From Antedon mediterranea (Eukaryota; Animalia; Echinodermata), in the NCBI RefSeq assembly GCF_964355755.1, contig NC_092674.1:9982001-10046000 (forward strand): a DNA stretch of 64,000 nucleotides. The letters run 5' to 3'. The notes under the pieces were generated by a model, which was given only the letters and a program-made list of their open reading frames with translations, was not told the origin of the DNA and ran no database searches. This document shows, piece after piece, positions 48,201 to 58,554 of the stretch. Every line of letters starts with the position of its first letter. Within the stretch, counting starts at the first letter, position 1. Position numbers and translations under genes: made by a program.

Positions 48201-51200
48201 TCCAGTATAAGTTACAGTAGGGCCGCTGGTCTTGTTTACTCAGCCCTCTTCTTTGAAATCTGAGTGTAACTCAATTACGATGTTTAATATTATAGTGAAA
48301 TTTGGTACTGTATTTGTGAGAAAACGGCGGATTGCTCCTGGAAGTCACTCGGTGGGATTATACTAGGGTACCTCCTTAGTTTTCCAGTATAAGTTAGAGT
48401 AGGACCACTGGTCCTGTTTACTCAGCCCTCATCTTTTAAATCTGAGTGTAACTCAATTACGATCTTTAATATTATAGTGAAATTTGATACTGTATTTGTT
48501 AGAAAATGGCGGATTGCTCCTGGGAGTCACTTGGTGGGATTATACTAGGGGACCTCCTTAATCATCCAGTGTAAGTTAGAGTATGACCGCTGGTCCCGTT
48601 TACTCAGCCCTCATCTTTTAAATCTGAGTGTAACTCAATTACGATTTTTTATATAGTGAAATTTGATACTGTATTTGTGAGAAAATGGCGGATTGCTCCT
48701 GGGAGTCACTTGGTGAGATTATACTAGGGTACCTCTTTAGTCGACCAGTATAAGTTAGGGTAGGACCGCTGGTCCTGTTTACTCAGCCCTCATCTTTTTA
48801 AATCTGAGTGTAACTCAATTACGATTTTAAATATTATAGTGAAATTTGGTACTGTATTTGTGAGAAAACAGCGGATTGCTCCTGGAAGTCACTCGGTGGG
48901 ATTATACTAGGGTACCTCCTTAGTCGTCCAGTATAAGTTAGAGTAGGACCGCTGGTCTTGTTTACTCAGCCCTCATATTTTAATCTGAGTGTAACTCAAT
49001 TACGATTTTAATATTATAGGGAAATTTGGTACTGTATTTGTGAGAAAACGGCGAATTGCTCCTGGAAGTCACTCGGTGGGATTATACTAGGGTACCTCCT
49101 TAGTTGTCCAGTATAAGTGAGAGTAGGACCGCTGGTTATGTTTACTCAGCCCTCATCTTTTAAATCTGAGTGTAACTCAATTACGATCTTTATTATTATA
49201 GTGAAATTTGATACTGTATTTGTGAGAAAATGGCGGATTGCTCCTGGGAGTCACTTGGTGGGATTATACTAGGGGACCTCCTTAATCGTCCAGTATAAGT
49301 TAGAGTAGGACCGCTGGTCCCGTTTACTCAGCCCTCATCTTTTAAATCTGAGTGTAACTCAATTACGATTTTTTATATAGTGAAATTTGATACTGTATTT
49401 GTAAGAAAATGGCGGATTGCTCCTGGGTGTCACTTGGTGGGATTATACTAAGGTACCTCCTTAGTCGTCCAGTATAAGTTAGAGTAGGACCGCTGGTCCT
49501 GTTTACCCAGCCCTCATCTTTTTAAATCTGAGTGTAACTCAATTACGATTTTTAATATTATAGTGATATTTGGTACTGTATTTGTGAGAAAACGGCGGAT
49601 TGCTCCTGGAAGTCACTCGGTGGGATTATACTAGGGTACCTCCTTAGTCGTCCAGTATAAGTTAGAGTAGGACCGCTGGTCTTGTTTACTCAGCCCTCAT
49701 CTTTGAAATCTGAGTGTAACTCAATTACGATTTTTAATATTATAGTGAAATTTGGTACTGTATTTGTAAGAAAACGGCGGATTGCTCCTGGAAGTCACTC
49801 GGTGGGATTATACTAGGGTACCTCCTCTTAGTTGTCCAGTATAAGTTAGAGTAGGACCACTGGTCTTGTTTACTCAGCCCTCATCTTTTAAATCTGAGTG
49901 TAACTCAATTACGATCTTTAATATTATAGTAAAATTTGATACTGTATTTGTGAGAAAATGGCGGATTGCTCCTGGGAGTCACTTGGTGGGATTATACTAG
50001 GGGACCTCCTTAATCGTCCAGCGTAAGTTAGAGTAGGACCGCTGGTCCTGTTTACTCAGCCCTCATCTTTTAAATCTGAGTGTAACTCAATTACGATTTT
50101 TAATATTATAGTAAAATTTGATACTGTATTTGTGAGAAAATGGCGGATTGCTCCTGTGAGTCACTTGGTTGGATTATACTAGGGTACCTCCTTAGTCTTC
50201 CAGTGCAGTATAAGTTAGAGTAGGACCGCTGGTCCTGTTTACTCAGCCCTCATCTTTTTAAATCTGAGTGTAACTCAATTACGATTTTAAATATTATAGT
50301 GAAATTTGGTACTGTATTTGTGAGAAAACGGCGGATTGCTCCTGGAAGTCACTCGGTGGGATTATACTAGGGTACCTCCTTAGTCGTCCAGTATAAGTTA
50401 GAGTAGGACCGCAGGTCTTGTTTACTCAGCCCTCATCTTTTAAATCTGAGTGTAACTCAATTACGACTTTTTAATATTATAGTGAAATTTGATACTGTAT
50501 TTTTGAGAAAATGGCGGATTGCTCCTGGGAGTCATTTGGTGGGATTATACTAGGGTACCTCCTTAGTCGTCCAGTATAAGTTAGGGTGGGACCACTGGTC
50601 CCGTTTACTCAGCCCTCATCTTTTAAATCTGAGTGTAACTCAATTACGATTTTTAATATTATAGTGAAATTTGATACTGTATTTGTGAGAAAATGGCGGA
50701 TTGCTCCCAGGAGTCACTTGGTGGGATTATACTAGGGGATCTCCTTAATCGTCCAGTATAAGTTAGAGTAGGACCGCTGGTCCCGTTTACTCAGCCCTCA
50801 TCTTTTAAATCTGAGTGTAACTCAATTACAATTTTTTATATAGTGAAATTTGATACTGTATTTGTGAGAAAATGGCGGATTGCTCCTGGGATTCACTTGG
50901 TGGGATTATACTAGGGTACCTCCTTAGTCGTCCAGTATAAGTTAGAGTAGGACCGCTGGTCTTGTTTACTCAGCCCTCATCTTTTAAATCTGAGTGTAAC
51001 TCAATTACGATTTTAAATATTATAGTGAAATTTGGTACTGTATTTGTGAGAAAACGGCGGATTGCTCCTGGAAGTCACTCGGTGGGATTATACTAGGGTA
51101 CCTCTTTAGTTGTCCAGTATCAGTTAGAGTAGGACCGCTGGTCTTGTTTACTCAGCCCTCATCTTTTAAATCTGAGTGTAACTCAATTACGATTTTTAAT

Positions 51201-54200
51201 ATTATAGTGAAATTTGATACTGTATTTGTGAGAAAATGGCGGATTGCTCCTGGGAGACACTTGGTGGGATTATACTAGGGTACCTCCTTAGTCGTCCAGT
51301 ATAAGATAGGGTGGGACCACTGGTCCCGTTTACTCAGCCCTCATCTTTTAAATCTGAGTGTAACTCAATTACGATTTTTAATATTATAGTGAAATTTGAT
51401 ACTGTATTTGTGAGAAAATGGCGGATTAATCCTGGGGGTCACTTGGTGGGATTATACTAGGGTACCTCCTTAGTCATCCAGTATAAGTTAGAGTAGGACC
51501 ACTGGTCCTGTTTACTCAGCCCTCATCTTTTAAATCTGAGTGTAACTCAATTACGATTTTAAATATTATAGTGAAATTTGGTACTGTATTTGTGAGAAAA
51601 TGGCGGATTGCTCCTGGGAGTCACTTGGTGGGATTATACTAGGGTACCTCCTTAGTCGTCCAGTATAAGTTAGAGTATGACCGCTGGTCCCGTTTACTCA
51701 GCCCTCTTCTTTTAAATCTGAGTGTAACTCAATTACGATTTTTTATATAGTGAAATTTGATACTGTATTTGTGAGAAAATGGCGGATTGCTCCTGAGATT
51801 CACTTGGTGAAATTATACTAGGGTACCTCCTTAGTCGACCAGTATAAGTTAGAGTAGGACCGCTGGTTCTGTTTACTCAGCCCTCGTTTTTTTAAATCTG
51901 AGTGTAACTCAATTACGATTTTAAATATTATAGTGAAATTTGGTACTGTATTTGTGAGAAAACGGCGGATTGCTCCTGGAAGTCACTCGGTGGGATTATA
52001 CTAGGGTACCTCCTTAGTCGTCCAGTATAAGTTAGAGTAAGACCGCTGGTCTTGTTGACTCAGCCCTCATATTTTAAATCTGAGTGTAACTCAATTACGA
52101 TTTTTAATATTATAGGGAAATTTGGTACTGTATTTGTGAGAAAACGGCGAATTGCTCATGGAAGTCACTCGGTGGGATTATACTAGGGTACCTCTTTAGT
52201 TGTCCAGTATAAGTGAGAGTAGGACCGCTGGTTATGTTTACTCAGCCCTCATCTTTTAAATCTGAGTGTAACTCAATTACGATCTTTAATATTATAGTGA
52301 AATTTGATACTGTATTTGTGAGAAAATGGCGGATTGCTCCTGGGATTCACTTGGTGGGATTTTACTAGGGGACCTCCTTAATCGTCCAGTATAAGTTAGA
52401 GTAGGACCGCTGGTCCCGTTTACTCAGCCCTCATCTTTTAAATCTGAGTGTAACTCAATTACGATTTTTTATATAGTGAAATTTGATACTGTATTTGTGA
52501 GAAAATGGCGGATTGCTCCTGGGTGTCACTTGGTGGGATTATACTAGGGTACCTCCTTAGTCGTCCAGTATAAGTTAGAGTAGGACCGCTGGTCCTGTTT
52601 ACTCAGCCCTCATCTTTTTAAATCTGAGTGTAACTCAATTACGATTTTAAATATTATAGTGAAATTTGGTACTGTATTTGTGAGAAAACGGCGGATTGCT
52701 CCTGGAAGTCACTCGGTGGGATTATACTAGGGTACCACCTTAGTCGTCCAGTATAAGTTAGAGTAGGACCGCTGGTCTTGTTTACTCAGCCCTCATCTTT
52801 GAAATCTGAGTGTAACTCAATTACGATTTTTAATAATATAGTGAAATTTGGTACTGTATTTGTGAGAAAACGGCGGATTGCTCCTGGAAGTCACTCGGTG
52901 CGATTATACTAGGGTACCTCCTCTTAGTTGTCCAGTATAAGTTAGAGTAGGACCACTGGTCCTGTTTACTCAGCCCTCATCTTTTAAATCTGAGTGTAAC
53001 TCAATTACGATCTTTAATATTATAGTGAAATTTGATACTGTATTTGTGAGAAAATGGCGGATTGCTCCTGGGAGTCACTTGGTGGGATTATACTAGGGGA
53101 CCTCCCTAATCGTCCAGTGTAAGTTAGAGTAGGACCGCTGGTCCCGTTTACTCAGCCCTCATCTTTTATATCTGAGTGTAACTCAATAACGATTTTTTAT
53201 ATAGTGAAATTTGATACTGTATTTGTGAGAAAATGGCGGATTGCTCCTGAGAGTCACTTGGTGAGATTATACTAAGGTACCTCCTTAGTCGTCCAGTTTA
53301 AGTTAGGGTGGGACCACTGGTCCCGTTTACTCAGCCCTCATCTTTTAAATCTGAGTGTAACTCAATTACGATTTTAAATATTATAGTGAAATTTGGTACT
53401 GTATTTGTGAGAAAACGGCGGATTGCTCCTGGAAGTCACTCGGTGGGATTATACTAGGGTACCTCCTTAGTCGTCCAGTATAAGTTAGAGTAGGACCGCT
53501 GGTTTTGTTTACTCAGCCCTCATATTTTAAATCTGAGTGTAACTCAATTACGATTTTTAATATTATAGGAAAATTTGGTACTGTATTTGTGAGAAAACGG
53601 CGAATTGCTCCTGGAAGTCACTCGGTGGGATTATACTAGGGTACCTCCTTAGTTAGTTGTCCAGTATAAGTAAAGAGTAGGACCGCTGGTTATGTTTACT
53701 CAGCCCTCATCTTTTAAATCTGAGTGTAACTCAATTACGATTTTTAATATTATAGTGAAATTTGATACTGTATTTGTGAGAAAATGGCGGATTGCTCCTG
53801 GGAGTCACTTGGTGGGATTATACTAGGGTACCTCCTTAGTCGTCCAGTATAAGTTAGAGTAGGACCGCTTGTCCTGTTTACTCAGCCCTCATCTTTTTAA
53901 ATCTGAGTGTAACTCAATTACGATTTTAAATATTATAGTGAAATTTGGTACTGTATTTGTGAGAAAACGGCGGATTGCTCCTGGAAGTCACTCGGTGGGA
54001 TTATACTAGGGTACCTCCTTAGTCGTCCAGTATAAGTTAGAGTAGGACCGCTGGTCTTGTTTACTCAGCCCTCATCTTTTAAATCTGAGTGTAACTCAAT
54101 TACGATTTTTAATATTATAGTGAAATTTGGTACTGTATTTGTGAGAAAACGGCGGATTGCTCCTGGAAGTCACTCGGTGGGATTATACTAGGGTACCTCC

Positions 54201-54415
54201 GTAGTCGTCCAGTATAAGTTAGGGTGGGACCACTGGTCCCGTTTACTCAGCCCTCATCTTTTAAATCTGAGTGTAACTCAATTACGATTTTTTATATAGT
54301 GAAATTTGAAACTGTATTTGTGAGAAAATGGCGAATTGCTCCTGGGAGTCACTTGGTGGGATTATACTAGGGTACCTCCTTAGTCGTCCAGTATAAGTTA
54401 GAGTAGGACCACTGG
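42299..54415 (+). repeat. Satellite B, ~180-184-bp monomer, about 66 copies
   Basis: TTTGTGAGAAAATGGCGGATTGCTCC at 42301, 42483 and onward. No visible similarity to satellite A beyond a short motif. Confidence 0.97.
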
Positions 54416-54677
54416 ACAACTAAGGAGGTACCCTAGTATAATCCCACCGAGAGTGACTTCCAGGAGCAATCCGCCGTTTTCTCACAAATACAGTACCAAA
54501 TTTCACTATAATATTTAAAATCGTAATTGAGTTACACTCAGATTTAAAAAGATGAGGGCTGCTGAGTAAACAGGACCAGCGGTCCTACTCTAACTTATAC
54601 TGGACGACTAAGGAGGTACCCTAGTATAATCCCACCAAGTGACTCCCAGGAGCAATCCGCCATTTTCTCACAAATAT
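54411..54677 (-). repeat. Satellite B, inverted arm, about 1.4 monomers
   Basis: Reverse-complement monomer runs directly into the right outer TIR. Confidence 0.92.
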
Positions 54678-55369
54678 TGAATTTCTAATACTATAAAAAC
54701 CTTAAGTAATACTGAAAATGTGAAAAATACACAAACGGCGTTTCATAGTTATTGTCGGCTGGAAAAAATAAAAGTGGGCTGGCTTATTGTCGGCTGGCTT
54801 ATTGTCGGCTAGCTTGACACAAGCGCGTATACTCATGTTTTTTCGTTCAGAAGGAAGGAAGGAAGCATGCAGCAGCTCCATATATGGTTTTATTTGAATA
54901 CTGCCATCTATAGTTTCTCAGAGTGGTTTGCTTGCATCATCAGTGGGTGGAGAGGAGGTGGTAGGTGGTACTGGTGGTTATTTAAGGGGCGCATTTGATA
55001 ATCGTGCCAAAACTAGCTGTGATATTATAAAAAAAGATATGTTTTTCGATCTCTACTTAATTAAATACATTATTAACAATTGTAGGGGTTTACCGTCGAA
55101 AATTGATGGGACCATAATGTTCACTGCATCATCTCAATCATCATAGATATACAAATTACTCATTATCATGATCACTATCCTCATCACCAAATTATTTGGG
55201 GAACAATGATTATTGAGTAACTTGTATACCTCCACGATCTAGTTTTAATAATTACCTTTTTAGGCCTAACCACATCACAAAAACTGAATCAGCTTGACTG
55301 GAATCTTGTTTATTCGTTCATCGTATGTGTAATCGTAATTCCATCAAATGAAATGTGTATGGCATAGTG

Positions 55370-56430
55370 TTTCATTTGTATGTCTGTACATGCTACCTTG
55401 GTATGGAACGGTGTTTCGTCTGTCTGTCGGTATGCTCCTACCGTATTTGTATTGAACAGTCTTTCGTCTGTGTTCTCATTTGATATGTCATGAAACAATT
55501 GTTTCTTCTGTCTTTCCATATGCTCCAACTTGTATAGAACAGTCTTTCGTCTGTATGTATTCCTTTGGTACGACATCATGACAGAATAATTGTTTTGTCT
55601 GTCTGTCCGTATGCTCCTGTTTGTATGGAACAATCTTACGTCTGTCTGTGTGCTCCTTTGGTACGTCATGAGATTAATTGTTTTGTCTGTCTGTCCGTAT
55701 GCTCCTATTTGTATGGAACAGTCTTTCGTCTGTCTGTGTTCTCCTTTGGTACGTCATGAGAGAATTGTTTCGTCTGTCTGTCCATGCTCCTATTTGTATG
55801 GATAAGTCTTTCGTCTGTCTGTGTTCACCTTTGGTACGTCGTGAGAGAATTGTTTCGTCTGTCTGTCCGTATGCTCCTATTTGTATGGAACAGTCTTTCG
55901 TCTGTGTCCGTATGCTCATATTTGTATGGAACAGTCTTTCGTCTGTCTGTGTGCTCCTTTGGTACGTCATGACAGAATTGTTTCGTCTGTCTGTCCGTAT
56001 GCTCCTATTTGTATGGAACAGTCTTTCGTCTGTCTGTGTGCTCTTTTGGTACGTCATGACAGAATTGTTTCGTCTGTCTGTCTGTATGCTCCTATTTGTA
56101 TGGAACAGTCTTTCGTCTGTCTGTGTGCTCTTTTGTACGTCATGAGAGAATTTTTCGTCTGTCTCTCCGTATGCTCCTATTTGTATTAAACAGTTTTTCG
56201 TCTGTCTGTGTGCTCCTTTAATTCATGACAGAATTGTTTCGTCTGTCTGTCCATATGCTCCTATTTGTGTGGAGCAGTCTTTTGTCTGTCTGTGTGCTCC
56301 TTTATTTAATTTATGACAGAATTCATCTCGTCTGTCTGTCCGTATGCTCCTATTTGTATGGACCAGTCTTTCGTCTGTCTGTGTGCTCCTTTGGTACGTC
56401 ATGATAATTGTTTTGTCGGTCTGTCTTTCC
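55370..56430. repeat. ~87-bp minisatellite with GTCT subrepeats, about 11-12 copies
   Basis: Unit ATGACAGAATTGTTTCGTCTGTCTGTCCGTATGCTCCTATTTGTATGGAACAGTCTTTCGTCTGTCTGTGTGCTCCTTTGGTACGTC, degenerate at both edges. Confidence 0.9.
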
Positions 56431-56784
56431 ATGGAGGTATAACATTTCTAATTTTATACCTCCATGGTCTTTCTCTGCGTATGCACATTTGGCATAAAAT
56501 GAGAGAACAATGTCGTTTCGTCTGTATGTCCGCCGTATTCCGGTGTGGCTTAACATTAAATAAAACTAGATAAGCAAACATTTCTATTTCATGTGTATCA
56601 TTTTTATTAGTTAACCATGGTAGAAACAAAAGTAAATCTACACTGTTTTAAAACATATTAATACATAAACTAAATACAGTAGTCCTAAACAATATTTATA
56701 ATAATGAATTATATCTTACTAGTACGACTAAGTTTTTCATCGAAAAATTATAGAATGTTGATGCAGCCAGTAAAAGAAATTCTG

Positions 56785-57292
56785 AAATAGAGGACATCTC
56801 ATGTGACGGTTTGTATATGATGAGACCCCAGATTACATCTATCAGAGTACATTAATAAATAGAGGGCATCTCATGTGACGGTTTGTATATGATGAGACCC
56901 CAGATTACATCTATCAGAGTACATTAATAAATAGAGGGCATCTCATGTGACGGTTTGTATATGATGAGACCCCAGATTACATCTATCAGAGTACATTAAT
57001 AAATAGAGGGCATCTCATGTGACGGTTTGTATATGATGAGACCCCAGATTACATCTATCAGAGTACATTAATAAATAGAGGGTATCTCATGTGACGGTTT
57101 GTATATGATGAGACCCCAGATTACATCTATCAGAGTACATTAATAAATAGAGGGCATCTCATGTGACGGTTTGTATATGATGAGACCCCAGATTACATCT
57201 ATCAGAGTACATTAATAAATAGAGGGCATCTCATGTGACGGTTTGTATATGATGAGACCCCAGATTACATCTATCAGAGTACATTAATAAAT
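56785..57292. repeat. 72-bp tandem repeat, 7 nearly identical copies
   Basis: AAATAGAGGGCATCTCATGTGACGG... at 56785, 56857, 56929, 57001, 57073, 57145 and 57217. Confidence 0.95.
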
Positions 57293-58235
57293 ATTTTGTT
57301 TACAAATAAAATGAGAACAAATAGTAATGACCATTTTGAATATAAATTAATCATTACAAAGAGTAATAAAAACAAATGCATTTATCAGATACATACAACA
57401 TAAAAACAGTATATAGCTTTACTTCAACCGTTTATTTGTATATTCTAGTAGATACATTAAGATAAGGCCATATTGTAGCCTACTATACGGTAATATACTG
57501 TATGCATTACAACTTCTTTACCGATACTATAGCCACCTACTCTGTCGTTTTGTATACAATGATCATTCAAAATACCTTCACCAAAATACAGTAAACCGAT
57601 AAGTATAATAATTAAACAGTCTTTCTAAATACGTATCATCTTGCGTAGATGCGTACCAAAATATGTGCAGCAGCACAAATTCTGGATAATTCACTTATTA
57701 ATTAACTGTGGGCTTATTTTGATTACCACGTTTTGGACTGTTGGGATAAGAATCAATTTGATAGTTTGGATGAAAATGTGTCGTAACGTCACAAAAAAAA
57801 CATAACTTGACGACGACAAACTGTAACGTATAATTGTGATTCCACCCCACCCCATTTATCAGCATGTTTACATGTGGTTTTTTTTCACTGGTTATCGCCA
57901 TGAACATCAGATCATACGTTTCTCTTCATTCTTAATAATATAGCCTATAAGTCTGTCTCGTTCACTAAAAATAAGAATTTCTGCCAGTAATTTAGGTCAC
58001 TGAAATAATTTAATTTGGGACTCATAATACTAGTCAAACTAATGCTAGGCATTATAGTCATGTTTAGCTTGTTGGTGATTGATCTGTATAATTATACAAA
58101 CACATGCAGAGTAAGCAAAAAAATAATGAAAAACTTAAATCAAAACTCTGATCATAAAGAAACTATTCACATCATTCATCTGATGGGACTCTTTTACTAT
58201 TTTAATGAAGCACAATATGCCTATAATCAAATTAT

Positions 58236-58554
58236 TTACATTAACTGATACCGTAGCTTGCAATTCTGCATGTGAAGTGTTTGCAACTTAGGTGCCTTTT
58301 TCAAGAAGGTGACCAGTAAAGTAGCATTAATGTCACCTAAATCATTATTGCCAATATAAAGTTCTTGTATACGCTATCATCATTTCATTCATTACGTCAC
58401 CTGATAGTTTGCAACCATTCATACCAAGTAAAGTACCATCAATGTCACTGATACAATTACCCCAAATAGAAAGTTCTTGTAGTGCCAACTCATTTACTCC
58501 ATACACTCTCATCATTTCATTCATTACGTCACCTGATATGTTGCAACTGTTCAT
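58236..58554 (-). pseudogene. Out-of-frame, decayed LRR tail of the NLR gene
   Basis: After the premature stop, LRR sequence continues in other frames (MNSCNISGD...ELSIWGNCISDIDGTLLG, then IQELYIGNNDLGDINATLLVTFLKKAPKLQTLHMQNCKL) with internal deletions. Confidence 0.75.

Larger units (their letters stand above)
42165..54825. mobile_element. Giant (12.7 kb) asymmetric foldback transposon carrying satellite B
   Basis: ~135-150-bp outer TIRs CGCTTGTGTCAAGCTAGCCGACAATAAG... / ...CTTATTGTCGGCTAGCTTGACACAAGCG. Flanking direct repeat CGTATAC at 42158-42164 and 54826-54832, also readable as 9 bp GCGTATACC/T with one mismatch. Confidence 0.9.

Noticed and set aside
23180-54677. Centromeric satellite
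   Set aside because: Monomer size fits, but the arrays are only 8-12 kb, are bounded by TIRs and TSDs, and lie among intact genes. Nothing in the sequence supports centromere function.
21756-54825. Transposase gene for the foldback elements
   Set aside because: No long ORF or DDE-like motif is visible inside any of the four elements, so all appear non-autonomous. Superfamily assignment rests only on TIR structure and TSD length.
55310-56629. Multiple overlapping ORFs on both strands
   Set aside because: They arise from an 87-bp (multiple of three) minisatellite poor in stop codons. No protein features or convincing splice context.
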